64,000 nucleotides of DNA from Octopus sinensis (GCF_006345805.1 NC_043003.1:103478001-103542000), one strand, 5' to 3'; counted from the first letter of the stretch, positions 27,251-40,931 are shown. The notes: generated by a model from the letters alone, not told the origin. Translations and numbers: made by a program.

Positions 27251-27447
27251 CATATAAACACATACTAAATAGAAACCGGTTTATTAACAGACTGCCATAG
27301 CATTGATTAAAGAGTGCTAATTAAGAACCGTTCTTTCCTAATGATAAAACGTCATCTCCTGAAACATGTTTGACGTCACATGGTGTCACGTGATGATGGA
27401 GTGTCCTGGATCCAAAGGGATGAACTCAACATCTCGTGTGACCACCG

Positions 27448-27900
27448 TTAGCGTTGATTACCACCAGACATCTTCTGTACATTCGATGCAGCAAACGAAT
27501 GATGAAGGCCATGGGGAGAGCATCCCACACAATCTGTGAGGATGGGGCACCCAGCCGAACGTCGACAAGACAGATAAAAAGATTTCAGCCGGCGGTAAAC
27601 TGTCTCTACATAAATGAGTCTGTGGTGAGTCCCTAAAGTTTGTCTAGCTGATTCCATTGCCCTCAGGAATCGGTCCTGCAAGTGCTGTCGGTGCAGGTAA
27701 CGATCTTGACGTGCCATTGTAACCCTCGGTCGACCACTTCGTGGACGATCATCTGTGCTGTTTGTGGCACTGTATCGTTCCTTCGGCCGTTCAATTGTCC
27801 GAATACTGCAGTTCAAGTCATTAGCAATGACCCAAGGACATTGACCAGCGTGAAGACGTCCGATGGCTTGCTCCCTCTGATTTCGTGTCAGTCTTGGCAT
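27448..27900 (-). mobile_element. Tc1-family transposase N-terminal fragment
   Basis: MPRLTRNQREQAIGRLHAG...IANDLNCSIRTIER...DRPRSGRPRVT...QDRYL (paired HTH plus GRPR); catalytic domain disrupted. Confidence 0.85.
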
Positions 27901-28119
27901 GCTTGCTGCGAACGGGAAACGAATGAATTTTTTTTATTGCCCACTAGAGGTCAACATAGATGGGGACAATACAATCTGGGGTCAGATATACGAATGCTTT
28001 TACAATAAAATGCGGTTAAAAATTGACATATATAAACAAATGGAGTGGTGCTTGGGTTTAGCTTCGACCCCACGAACCCCAACCACCACTGATACATTTT
28101 AGGATACGTTATGGCCTAT

Positions 28120-29150
28120 TCATTCGGCTACAACAACTCGCGACACCCGTGCTACATATCTCCATCTTTCGTTAAACAATTTCTCTAACAGACACCTCCT
28201 CTCCAGTCCTATTTTTCTTTTCAAATGTAAAGCAAAATACCTCTGTAAGGCAAGGCCAGAGGCAAAGCTGCCTGTCTTTACTCCTTTCATTCTTGTCTTC
28301 CATGATACCTCTTTCGCTATTGCTACTACAATGAGAAAACAATTCTTACCTTCATTTGATAAAAAATCAGGCGGGTCAATTTTTATAATTGACTCAGTTG
28401 ATAGCTGTATTCTCCTTGTACCAGACAACAGGTGTTCTGCATAAGCCCACATCTCCGACATCTCTGGACACTGGACAATAGCGTGCGGGACGGTTTCCCT
28501 ATCCCGCTCACATCTTGGGCAGGTCGGAGAGTCGCATTGACCATGTCTTGCAAGCCTATCCCGAACGGGCAAGGCATTTCTGTAACATTGCCAGGTCAAG
28601 GACTTTCGGAAGTTATCCAGCGTCCTCAACCTGAATGTACGAAAAAACAGGCTGCCAAATTGAATAAATCCGAGACCCAGAGTCTACCCCAGGCCATCGT
28701 CGCATTCAGCCTCTACCAACCCTCTATAGAAAAATGCTGTAGAACCCCCACCGCGGGTATTACCCGAGCGACGGAAGAGCAGGAGTGCCTTCCAGCATTC
28801 TGTATACCACTAACTCAACCTTGATCTACGAAAGCACCAGGCTTCCCGTCCACCGAAACTAGCGAATGAGGGAAACATCCGTTCCGCCAGCGGAGACCAC
28901 ACCTCATTCCAGAAGAATCCAGAGATGCCTCAACCTCAACGCGTATTTGCGCATCATTAGCCAATGCATACCTAGTCCTCCCTTTAACGGTATTTGACAG
29001 CAAATAGAGTGTCTTACAAGTGGCTTCGAGCCCTTCCACAAAAAGCGAAAGAGCTGTCTTTCCAACTTGATCAACCACGCGTCCGAGCAAGGAACGACGG
29101 TTAGGCGGTAGGTAATAACCAATGCGATAAACACATTGGCCACCTCCGTC
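28120..29150 (-). mobile_element. Tx1/L1-clade LINE ORF2 C-terminal fragment
   Basis: LERQLFRFLWKG...PLKGGLGM and NALPVRDRL...CPRC...ETVPHAIVQCP (zf-RVT), frameshifted. Confidence 0.85.
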
Positions 29151-29493
29151 CTCTAATCACGAGCAGAAGTAGTGGGGGAACATCAAAGCCATGTGTTGAG
29201 AAGAATTTTGCGGGGTTTGAATAATTCACCTCTGGAAACATGGATGTTTTGTTCAACATCCTTGAACGATCCTTATTCAGAGACCTTTTGAGCGGGATGG
29301 GCGACTCGACATGAAGATAATTCTAACTGGACCCACCTGCAAGGTCATGCACTGTTTATCTTAATATGACACCATGTCACGCGGTAGTCATGATGCGTAT
29401 ACTGGGCTTCGTATTTTCGTACGCCAGTGTCGCTTTGATGGCATGCGCTGCTCTCTCACTCACTCAAGAAGAAGAAGAAGAAGAAGAAGAAGA
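29150..29493 (+). mobile_element. Partial copy of the 1058-1582 SINE-like element with (AAG)n tail
   Basis: Aligns by eye to the reverse complement of about 1058-1410. Confidence 0.8.
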
Positions 29494-29801
29494 AGCTTAT
29501 TGTGTACAGTGCATAGGTTCACTACAATTCATTCACACACACACGCACACTCTCGCGCGCACGCATACACATACACACACACGTGTATGTATGTACTATA
29601 ATGAAAGACTCTTGCCTAAAATGCTGCACACTGGAACCAATCCCTTCTTAACCACGTGACCGTATATGGATATTTTCTATCCTTTCCTTGTTTCAGTCCT
29701 TGTTTGTCCCCTCTGTGTTTAGCCCCTTGTGGGTAGTAAAGAAATAGATATATACATTATGACAACTATGTCATAATGTATATGTGAATGTATTTGTATA
29801 T

Positions 29802-29837
<36 letters not shown>

Positions 29838-30100
29838 GTGTGAGTGAACGTGTGTGGGTGTGGGTGTGCGTATGAATGCATGTGTATGTGTGTGCATACT
29901 GTTTGTATCCGGTTGTAATTTCCTGATCAGAAGAAATCCAATTAATTCTAGAGAATGAAGCAATATTGAAATAAACACACGCGCTCCCGCCACCAACTTG
30001 CCTCTACAAGCCTACGTTCACCAACGTCTCAAGCCGTGTCTCCTTGCATCCTTACAATATCTACCCAGTTACTACAACTGCTGCTGTTGCTGTTGCTGTT

Positions 30101-30468
30101 GAGCGAACGGTCTTCGTCCCAGAGCTCGCAAGATAAGAGAAGTCCGAAACGTGGTCCTTTGCTATTCGTAAGACCCCCAGAAAAGAAAGCAGGTCAACCC
30201 CCGACACCGAGAGCATCGACGGATGGATGAATGCGCATCTAGGCTCAGCGGTTGCGTAGGAAGTTGGGGACAAGAAACAGGAAGAAAGAGTGAGAGAAAG
30301 TTGGGGCGAAAGAGTACAACAGGGGTCGCCACCACCCCCTGCCGGAGCCTCGTGGAGCTTTAGGTGTTTTCGCTCAATAGACACACACACAACGCTCGAT
30401 CTGGGAATCGAAACCGCGATCCTCCGACCGCGAGTCCGCTGACCTAATCATTGGGCCATTGCGCCTCC
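30101..30468 (-). mobile_element. tRNA-derived SINE (family 1)
   Basis: Highly similar to 15141-15477 with an extra internal segment. Confidence 0.88.
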
Positions 30469-30499
<31 letters not shown>

Positions 30500-31699
30500 G
30501 GTGTAACTGGTATATACAAAAATGTGTAATCATATATGGCTGCCAATGTAGATTGTTGTTGGAGTCATGGGGAGACGAGCATCGTTAAACTTCTAGCAAA
30601 CCAAAAACCGCGATCTAGATTCGAAGCCATTAACATCTCACTGGAACACCTAATGTCCTTCGAAAAAGCATGAACGACTCAACCTCACGTTTCAAGTCCT
30701 TATTCTTTTTCTTTTCTAAAGAGTATACAGATTCGTGTGTAATCAAAGGAAATCAATATCGAATCAGTGTAATGTTCCAGACGTCGACTTCGATTTTAAT
30801 CTTTCACTGTATCGGAAATTGATATGAGTACCAGCTCTGTACTGGAGTCTTCATGAAATCTTCGCATGACATATTTATCCTTTTTTTAAACCCCTCCACC
30901 CCCACTCCAAAAAATCCTCTTTTTCGATTTTTTTAAAATTAAAGTTTAAAATACTGACAGTCCGAATTTTTTGCGTAAAACCCAGCAATGAGCCACCTTT
31001 GGATGCATCATCATTCCATTAAATGTGTCTATGGGGAGAAAAAATATTGAAAAACATCAGTGCATGTCAGAGCGACAATGGAACGAGGAAGGTATCAGGC
31101 GGTCATGAGTTGTGCTAAAAATAACAGCTAAACTGACTTTAAATCACACACACAAAAAAAATATTTTGCTTTTTTTCATAATCGTATGAATTCCTGTTGT
31201 GTTGAACACAAATTCGCAAACATTCTCTGAAAATTCCAAAAACTAAAAAAGTTATGAGGTGCTTAAACCAGAACTCCGCCCAATATTTTACATGAGAAAA
31301 CAAACGGTTTGTGCAGTAACTGAATTGGTAGCACATGAGACTGAATTCCTAGTGTTGTTCAGTTACCCCTGATGAGTTCAAATCCTGTCGAGCCACTTTT
31401 ATTCCTCTAAGATCAGTAAAACAAGTTACTAATCTTGTATTTTGGTCATTTTAACAAATCCAGAATTGGCAAAATTGTGTTCCAGCAGACATTTTAGGGG
31501 AAAAAAAACCTAGGGATTTCATTATTGTTCCGATTAAGTAACGTCAATGAAAAAGAGGCTATTTCAATATCTATGGATGAGTGAGGGATTAAAAACTTAT
31601 ACAAAGTGGTAATTGTGACATGAAAAACAGGAATATAGCTTTCTGTAATGATAAAATGATCATTGATAGATGATCCTTTTTTCTAAGCAAATATTACTT

Positions 31700-32575
31700 T
31701 CCAAAAATCATGGATCTGCGCCTGAAAAGTCTTGTTGCAATCTTGATGGCAGAACAGTGTCTGCTGTAACTGTAGAGACCCACATATGAGCAGCAGTCTA
31801 GGCTGCAGTCATCACAGTTGAAGGCGTTGCCCGCTAGTCTTGTTCTGATGCTGTTTTTCCATCGAATTCGCTTCTCTCCATCAGCAATCCTAACCCTTTC
31901 CTCTCATCTTTAAACCCGTGTCTAATTCCAGTATCCAGTGAGAACGATCATCAGCAATGTTCTCCCATTTTCCAAAATTCAAATTAAGTGACATTATGCC
32001 GCTCTTGTAGACATCATTGAAGCAAAATTGGAGTTGTTTTTGTGTTCTTTTACCCGAAGTCAGTTCACCATATTTGCAGGGCTAACTCAATCATAACTTC
32101 CATCTGACATGCGGTATGCAATGCCTGGCCAACGGAGGCGTTGTTGCAGCAAGTAAGAGACTTTGAGACACTGCTCCTATCTGGAGTACATGCTCCAGAT
32201 ATCACTGCCACAAAGGCGTTAGGAAGGGCATCCAGCTGTAGAAACACTGCCAGATCTGACTGGCCTGGTGCAGCCTTCGGGCTTGCCAGACCCCAGTTGA
32301 ACCGTCCAACCCATGCTAGCATGGAAAGCGGACGTTAAACGATGATGATGATGATGATGAAAGCAGTGTGCTGGGAACGCGAACTCTGTAGGCTGCAATT
32401 TTGATGTGCATTGTTGGCTAATCGTTCTCCCAGACTCTTGTTGTCAATCTAGCTAATACTGAGGCAGATCTTCCAATACCTCTGTTTATCTCAGGCTCTA
32501 GAAAAAGGCTGTCCGTGACAGTGGAGCAGAGGTATTAAATTCGTGGACTGCCTCCAGCTCACAATTGTTTAACAC
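31700..32575 (-). mobile_element. Decayed RTE LINE 3' fragment interrupted by a (GAT)n-tailed retroposon (32215-32360)
   Basis: LEAVHEF.YLCSTVTDSLFLEPEINRGIGRSASVLARLTTRVWEN resembles the RTE/BovB RT C-terminus. Confidence 0.7.
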
Positions 32576-35500
32576 ACACACATACACGAAATGCGTTCGA
32601 TCAGTGACTAACTCAATCATAACTTAAATAACAACAGTATTTCACTAAAATTGATGTCAGCAGAGATCAACTGAAGGATCTTGATTTTGCCATTTTTCTT
32701 CCTAATCAGCTTATAGTTGCTTAGCCCAAAGTCCACCTTTGGGTTAAACAACTCATCAAAGTGCTTCTAACTGTGACCATCACGTAGAGTAATATCAAGG
32801 TATACAAATATGCCAGTCTTTTCCTTTTTTATGAGACAGTTTGAGAGAGAGTTGTTTGCTACGCCTAGCAAGTTAGGTTTCTTTCAGTTTCCCTACTATC
32901 AGTTATACACAACTTCTTGAATGTGTATTGTGCAGTCGAGATCAACCGTCATAACTCGCTCTACGTCGATGGTTCTTAAAGTAGGTCGTAGCCTCCCCTT
33001 GGTGGCATTATGAACTCACAAGGGAGCGATACTTATCGAGGGGCTGCCATTAGGAGGAGATGCTGACTGTTTAGAGATGGTCGTGATTTTTCTTAAATAT
33101 ATTTAAACCAATTATTTCTATTTCAAACCCATTCTCATAACGAAAAAATCTTCGTCGGGATTAGAATATATTTTATTATTTTTTTCCGGCAAGCAGACCT
33201 CATGACTGATTCAATATAATTTCATCGCTTAGTTTAGTAATCTCTGTAAAATCTTATCCGAAGAGACTCAAGACCGTCAGGATCTATCTAAAAAGAGGCT
33301 CATACTGGACACGATATTAGAAGAAAATATAGATAATAAACCACTGTATAAAATTGGGTTGTTTGATTAAAATATTTGGGTACAACTTAAGCGTGCGGTC
33401 TACTGGAGAATCCATAGTATATGCTGCGAAATAACCTGTTCTGGCTTATGATTAACGTTTAGGGTTAAGTTTAAACTGCTGAAATGTAAATGGCCAGGAA
33501 GACCACATGTGGCACCTGTGATTGGTGTTATTTTTCGAAGCAAACAACATGCGAAGATGTTTACAAACATCATTCCATAAAAGTGAGGTAGAGTGGCTAA
33601 GCAACAAAAAGATTAAGAAACACAACTCTACACCAACCTATTTAAGTGTAAAAGTATATCACTAAGTGTTTGAATATTCGTGGTAAAACAGTAAAATTCC
33701 ATTAAAGGGAAACAACTTGATTTCAAGGGAGATGACTCAGAAATGATTAAATGTGATTTCTAACCTGGACAATGCTTTTTTGATGATGGTTTAGCGAAGT
33801 GGTAAATGATGTAATGTGGCTAAAGCCCTGGTAATATATGTTCCGAGTCAGGATAACGAACATCAAGAAATGTGATAAGATAAAATTGAGTGCAACATTT
33901 ATTCCGACGCTAAAAGAAAACACAGCAACTGGTATAACATGAATTTGTCAAATACAATAGAGTTTCTTGAAGTGCTCCTTGAAGATGAACGCTGGGAAAA
34001 GAGACCCATGTGACAAGGATTCCTGCTAGTTTTCTCCTCACTGAAGCTGCAAAGCGGAATAAAACTGCTCTCATACCGAAGATCCAAACTCGCGCATTAC
34101 GACCCACCTATCTAAGGAATTAACAGGAAAAACTCCCCCTAAATAGCTGATGTTGGGATGCTTGGCTAGTCTATCATGTTAAGGGGTAGAGAGTCCACGT
34201 AAAGCTAGATGGACTGGACCATCAGGTGATGAGCCAAAATGGGTACCAAAAGGTAAAGAGGCAAAATGCGGATACCCAAAACTAAAGAGCGAACATGCTT
34301 CTGCTACAATGGTATATAAATTTGTTCTTATAGATCTATCCAATATCTAAGTTGCAATACAAGAATATCAAATCGCCCGTAAGGTACTTTAATTCTATCG
34401 ACCCGGAAGGCTAAAAGGTCAATAACTAAATACCGCAGACATTGTCCAGAGTTTTAACGATGTTGTCAATCCACTCTTACTTAAGTTATCTACCATAGGA
34501 TTAACGTAAAATCCTCTCACAGTCATACAAGTGCAGTGGAATGACAGAATTGTTAAAGAGTTGGCAACAATGCTTTGCAATATTTCTTCCAGTGGTTTCC
34601 GCTCTGAGTTCAAATGCGCCAAAGTCAACTTTGTATTTCATACTTTTATATAAAGTACCAGCCGAGTACTGGAGTCGATATTATCAACTAGACCCTACCG
34701 TTCCCTTAAAAATTTATAACCTCGTAGATTTAAGCTTTTTGTAAAAATTTAGTTATAAACTAAAGCGACGCTCTAATTTTCAGTATTTACCGTAAGTGCA
34801 TTGTAAAAGAAAAGCTATTAATATGAATTTACGACTTACGCTTCCTAGAAAAGACAGGAACATCACACATTTGCATTTTCTATAAATATTTGTTGTAACA
34901 AACCGATATCAGGACTTAAATCGAAACATTACGAAATTTCGAGTTGTGATGGGCGATCGATCTAAAGGGAGACAACTTTAATAAGTAGTCACATACTAAC
35001 CCCCAAAATTATGTAACGCGAAGGCACGAGTCCAAATACGTCATTTAATATCAATATCTTGAGTACTGAAAATCTCCCAGAAGTACAGAATTTAGGAGGT
35101 ATCAGGCATCGATTAGGCTCGTCGGGTGCTAGACTTCACACTACCATTTGCAATATAGCTGCCAAGTTTTAAAACTTTTAACAGTCACTACAAACCAACA
35201 GGTTCATCATAATTGTCCTTCATTTTATCTTGGGTAAATGCCTTTTCCTATAACCCTGGGCCGGAAATTGAAAGAAGTCCATCGTGTATGTGTGCTCAAC
35301 TCCACATCTATGGTGCTGGTTTGTTTCCCCATATAACTTACCAGTTTGGCAAAAACGGACTGACAGGCTTCAAAAAATAAGTATTTACATTCGACAGATA
35401 TTTGTCCTCATCTTGTTTGTTAACACAACGTTTCGGCTGATATAACCTCCAGCCTTCTTCATGTGTTTTGGGGAAATTTCGAGCCTGGGTTCTCATTCCT

Positions 35501-36240
35501 AAGGTATTTTTCGATATTATTAATATTATTGTTGTTGTTGTTGTTGTCACTGCTTGGAATCGAATTCGGAATCTTGGGGTTAGTAGCCCATGCTCTTATC
35601 CACTCTGCATAATAATAATATCGAAAAACACCTTAGGAATGAGAACTCAGGTTTGAAATTTCCCCAAGACACCTGGAGAAGGCTGGAGGGTGTATCAGCC
35701 AAAACATTGTGTTAACAACAAACAAGATGAGGACAAATATCCGTCGAATGCAAATAATAATGTACATAATTCTCGTCTCTTAAATATAGAACTGTATTAT
35801 AAGTATTGGAGTTGATTTGTTTGACCAAAACCTTCATCATTGCTATTCTACTACAATGGCTTCTGCTCCTCTAAAACCAGGTGCCATTTCATTAAGGACA
35901 GCTCACGTACCTTTTTCTCTTCACCTCTTATCTCTACTATGTTTCACCATTAACCTTGAAAATCTCCAAATGTAATGCAACGCCTCTTCCTCCTCATTCA
36001 CCTAAATAACTATCATAACACTCTTAAAACCTATTAAGGTAATACAAGGTAGCAGATACACAATTAGTCAGTAAGCTGAAAATACACCAATTTATATCTC
36101 ATCTGTTTTGCTCAACCACCATTAGCATCACATTTACATTTTTTTCTCCAACACCAATACCATCTGGCTTGCAAATTAAAAGAGAAAACAAGTATTTAAG
36201 CACAAACCACAACATATAGAAAAATTTTTTTAATTTTTCT

Positions 36241-37383
36241 TTAAAATGAATAACCAACTATATCTAAAACATTGGCTCCAAGAAGTTGGAAATGTTCTAA
36301 GGCACTTTGAAGAGCTTCTGTGTTGTGCTTAATGTCCTTTCTGCACATCAGTTCCAATGAAATATTTTGCTGATTGTCTTCAGTTTTTCCAGGATTACTA
36401 ACGGAATTATCAGAACGAAATGTTTCATCAGGAACAGTTGATGTCTGTTCTTCAGTAACAGTTTCATGTAAAACATTACATTCTTTCTTTAATTTTTCTT
36501 TGTGTTTTCTACTCTTTGGAGCAGTACATTCTTCTGTAGAGACTTTATCAGACACTCCTGCAGACACTGAATCTTCTTGGTTAAGATTATCCATTTCTTC
36601 TCGAGATCTTTTCTTTTTCTTTTTTTTTCTTCTTGTGTAAAAATCTTCGTCTCTAGTTTCTAAATCTTTTTCTATTTCAACATTAAGCACTGCTGTACTT
36701 TGCTCCCCACAACTGGGAACTGTACTTTGGTTCTCAAGATTAACAAGTGCCGGACTCTGCACCATAGAATTATGAAGTACACTTTTAGAATCAACCACTT
36801 CACAACCTTGTTCCTTCTTTTTCTTCTTCTTCTTCTTTGACTTCTTTTCTTTGGCCTCACCAGTTGTTGAACAAACAGTTTCTCCATGACTTACATCATT
36901 CTCACCATCACAGTCAACAACATCAGATGTGCTTTCCTTGCACTTTTTATGCTTGTCTTTTTTCTTCTTATGTTGAACCACAATACACTCATCTCTCATC
37001 TCAGCAGATTGGTTTTTATAATTATCTACAGATTCAGAATTATGCTCACCATCTACATCAGTTATTAATTCACATGTTGCCTCTTCTTCAAATTCCTCAT
37101 CCTTAACCTTCTTTTTCTTTTTCTTCTTTAACTTCTTAACAGCCTCCTCGGGGCAGTGGTCAACATCCATAGTAGAATCTGACTTATCTTTGATAGTTTG
37201 CTCAGGGCAGTGGTTAACCTCCATAGAACAATCTAAGTCTGTAGGTTCTGTAACCAGAGATTCCTTGTGTGCAGAATCACTGCCTCTTACTTGTAAATGT
37301 GCTTCTTTCATTGCTTTCATTTTCATAGCAAAATATTCCAATATACTCTTCCCAGTATTTATGGTAAAATCTCCAGTAGATTC
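36241..37383 (-). CDS. PINX1: PINX1 exon 5 (terminal; Lys/acidic low-complexity tail)
   Basis: Acceptor ttttctag|GAA, 1143 nt ending TAA; FTINTGKSILEYFAMKMKAMK matches the PINX1 TIQEYFAKRMAALK motif. Confidence 0.9.
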   Translation of the reverse strand, partial: ESTGDFTINTGKSILEYFAMKMKAMKEAHLQVRGSDSAHKESLVTEPTDLDCSMEVNHCPEQTIKDKSDSTMDVDHCPEEAVKKLKKKKKKKVKDEEFEEEATCELITDVDGEHNSESVDNYKNQSAEMRDECIVVQHKKKKDKHKKCKESTSDVVDCDGENDVSHGETVCSTTGEAKEKKSKKKKKKKKEQGCEVVDSKSVLHNSMVQSPALVNLENQSTVPSCGEQSTAVLNVEIEKDLETRDEDFYTRRKKKKKKRSREEMDNLNQEDSVSAGVSDKVSTEECTAPKSRKHKEKLKKECNVLHETVTEEQTSTVPDETFRSDNSVSNPGKTEDNQQNISLELMCRKDIKHNTEALQSALEHFQLLGANVLDIVGYSF

Positions 37384-38294
37384 CTAGAAAATAGATAGAA
37401 TTTTACTTTATTGAAATAATTGATTATAATTTATCTTTAATGAGGTAAATAAAATCATGAGCCAAATAAATAATTGAATGAGGAGGGGGTGGGTATGGGA
37501 GGAGGGACTGAGATAGGGTTTCGCATGCATGAGGTTTTACAAATATGGATATATAGGCAGCACAGGTGTGGCTGTGTGGTAAGAAGTTTGCTTCCCAGCC
37601 ACATGGTCTTGGATTCAGTCCCACTGCGTGGCACCTTGGGCCATATAGTCTTCTACTATATATAGCCTCAGGCCAAACAAAGCCTTGTGAGTGGATTTGG
37701 TAGACGGAAACTGAAAGAGGCCCATCATATATATGTGTATATGTATGTGTGCGGCCCCTTATGTCCATGTTTGTCCTTGACAACTGGCGTTGGTGTTCAC
37801 ATCCCTGTAATTCAGTGATTCAGCAAAAAATTCTTGATAGAATAGGTATTAGCTTTAAAAAAGAAAGTCCTGGGGTTGATTTATTCAACTAAAACCCTTC
37901 AAGGTGACAAACTAGTAGCCAAATGACAAACTAGTAAAAGATAAAAGATATATTTTATTTCGTTCTGATTTCCATCAACATTTGCTGTTTAGATGTCTGA
38001 CTTCCTGCTGCTAACTAATCCCTTGAACTGATAAAGATAGAGAAAGAGGATACAATGAAATAGAATTAAGTACTTTGTTCTTACGTCCAATTGGAAATAT
38101 AAGACATACTAACATAAACACCTCCTGAGACCTGAGAAGTTTTCTCAAGGCCAATAATGTTTCACAGCATGATAACAAGAGGTAATTCCATACTTTAACC
38201 GCAGCATCAATTGAAGAAACTCCAGATGGAGACAGCAGACAAAAGGGAGTGTGAAGAGGGACAGAGCAATGTGGTATTATGATATATAAAAATA

Positions 38295-38541
38295 AATGTT
38301 CCTTCTCGAGCCATACCAGGCTCATAAGGGCCGGTTTCCCAGTTTCTGTGGCGTAGAAATTCCCCACCTGGACAGGACGCCGGCCTGTCGCAGGATTACT
38401 CATTTTTGCCAGCTGAGTGAACTGGAGCAATGTGAAATGAAGTGTTTTGCTCAAGAACACGTGTCGCCTGGTCCAGGAATCGAAACCACAATCTTACAAT
38501 CATGAGTTCAATACCCTAACCACTAAGCCACGCGCCTTCAC
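38295..38541 (-). mobile_element. tRNA-derived SINE (family 4)
   Basis: gtgaaggcgcgtggcttagtggttaggg...ggtttcgattcctggacc with A/B boxes. Confidence 0.8.
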
Positions 38542-38798
38542 AATGTGGTATTGGACAGAGAAGATTTGTATATGTATACATATGATGGATAGTAGAGGGG
38601 AAGGAAGCAAGAGAGATGTAATGCATCTTTGTGAGTGTGTCTGAAGGAGTACACATAAGCTTTTCAAGGCAGACACACAGAAATACTGTTGTATATATGT
38701 ATGTGTACATCTGTGTGAATGCATGTGCTACGTATATGGAGATGTAACAGAGAAAAGAGGGAGAGAATGGAAAAATGAGAGCATCAAAGAAACCTTAC

Positions 38799-38973
38799 TG
38801 ATTTTGCATCAATATTAGGAGCCTCAAGAGCAACCACTTCTGATGGTGAGGATGATGATGGCACCAGATCAGTCTCAGGTTTCTTCATCTTGATTTTCCT
38901 TCGGCCAAATATACAATCCATGTCCTCTGCTGTCCGACCTGACAGATCTTTGCTTTTCATGTGTTTGTGGTAG
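38799..38973 (-). CDS. PINX1: PINX1 exon 4
   Basis: ctctcag acceptor, TCA|gtaag donor, 175 nt; YHKHMKSKDLSGRTAEDMDCIFGRR versus PINX1 YMKFTKGKDLSSRSKTDLDCIFGKR. Confidence 0.95.
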
Positions 38974-39324
38974 CTGAGAGAAAATAAAGATAGGAAGATG
39001 AGGAGCACTGAAATACTGTTAGGGGTTAGAGTTAAATATAGTATGTGGAACAAAGATAGGAAGCTGGGGAGGGCTTTATTCAATTTTCGGGGTCAATGAG
39101 TTAAATACTGTAGCTGATAAAAGATTGGAAAATGAAAAGGATTTTAAACAGTGTTACAAGTTATTGGGTTAAATACTGTAGTTAGACAACATTCTTGTTA
39201 ACCATGAACATTGTCCTGATCCATGAAGATTCTTGTTAACTTGAACACATACATGAATTTTCTTCACAATGTACAAATTTCTTGTCCAAAGAAAGAAAAT
39301 CCTTAAATTACAGCAGCAGTAGCA

Positions 39325-39905
39325 GTGGAGGCACAATGGCCCAATGGTTAGGGCAACAGACTCGCAGTCAGAGGATCGCGGTTTCAATTCCCAGACCGGG
39401 CATTGTGTGCATTTATTGAGCAAAAACACCTAAAGCACCACGAGGCTCTGGCAGGGGGTAGTGACGACCCCTGCTGTACTCTTTCGCTACAACTTTCTCT
39501 CACTCTTTCTTCCTGTTTCTTGTACCCAACTTCCTACGTAACTGCTGAGCCTGGATGCGCATTCATTCATCCATCGAACTTCTGCGGGTCTTACAAATAG
39601 CAAAGGACCACGTTTCTTCTACTATAGCTTCAGGCTGACCCAAAGCCTTGTGGATTTGGTAGGCGGGAACTGAAAGAAACCTGTCGTATGTATGTATGTG
39701 TGTATGTATGTGTGTGTGTATATGTATGTATGTATATATATATATATATATATGTATATGTATGTATGTGTGTGTGTGTGTGTCTTTGTCCCCCTCATCA
39801 TCAGTTGACAACTGGTATTGGTGTATTTGTGTTCCTGTAACTTACCAGTTTGGCAAACAGACCAATATAATAAGTACTAGGCTTAAAAATAAGTCCAGGG
39901 GTTGA
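39325..39905 (+). mobile_element. Family 1 SINE joined directly to the 3' half of a family 3 SINE
   Basis: Junction at ...caaaggaccacgtttc|ttctactatagc (about 39616). Confidence 0.75.
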
Positions 39906-40089
39906 AATCATCATCATCGTCATCATTGTTTAATGTCCACTTTCCATGCTCGCATGGGTTGGATGGTTTAACTGAGAACTGGTATGCTGGTTTTTGCTAG
40001 GTTAACTCTAAAGCCCTTCAGCTATTAGAGCAAGGTCACCAGCACAGAGGAGCTCCCAGAGGCAGCCTGTCTTGAATTCCTCTGTTATT

Positions 40090-40845
40090 GCCTGATGGAC
40101 TATGAGGAACAAGAGGGGCTGAGGACTTCTACCCTGAATTCTTCACTATACTTATTGCCAACATCCCGGTACATGGCTTGTACAGCTTTCACTAACCACT
40201 CATCCATCCCTAGTTTCCGCATTGACCACCAGATAAGGGATTGGAGGACCCTGTCAAAGTCTTTCTCCATGTCAATGAAAGCCAGGTACAGAGGTTTATC
40301 TTTGGCTATGTATTTCTCCTGCAGCTGTCTTACTAAAACTATAGCATCAGTGGTACTTCTCCCAAACTGCATCTCCCTAACTCTCTCTCTTTAATTGGGC
40401 TATGACTTTCCATGACTTTCATCACTTGATCCAATAATTTAATACCTCTATAATTATTTCTATCTAATGCATCACCTTTACCTTTGTAGCAGTTGACTAT
40501 GGTGCTGCTACACCAGTCATTAGGTATGATTCCTTTGTGTACCACCTGGTTAACTATACGGGTGACTAGCCTATAACCTACACTGCCAGATATTCTAAGC
40601 ATTTCAGCAGTGATTGCTGATGAACCGGGGGCTTTCCCTGTCTTCATATTCTTAATTGCTTTATCTACCAAGGCACTGTCAATTCAGATTGCTGGTCCCT
40701 CTGTTAGGTTGACATTTGTCAGACTCTCTTTCTCCCATTCATTCTCTTTATTTAGCAACCTTTCATAGTGGCATCTCCAAGTCTCTCCCTTTGCAGCATC
40801 ATTAAATGCAAGTGAGCCATCATTCATGTAGACACATTTCTCTGA
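40090..40845 (-). mobile_element. RTE-clade LINE reverse transcriptase fragment
   Basis: AIKNMKTGKAPG...YKGKGDALDRNNYRGIKLL...QFG.RSTTDAI...LYLAFIDMEKDFDRV, frameshifted. Confidence 0.9.
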
Positions 40846-40931
40846 AATGTTCAACAGTACTCCAGCATGGCCGCAGTCTAATGACTGAAAACAAGTAAAA
40901 GAATGAAAGGATAATAATTAAGATAACTTAC

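Noticed and set aside
36241-37341. Stand-alone 366-aa gene from the ORF track
   Set aside because: The listed start is TTG inside PINX1 exon 5; the frame extends to the splice acceptor at 37383.
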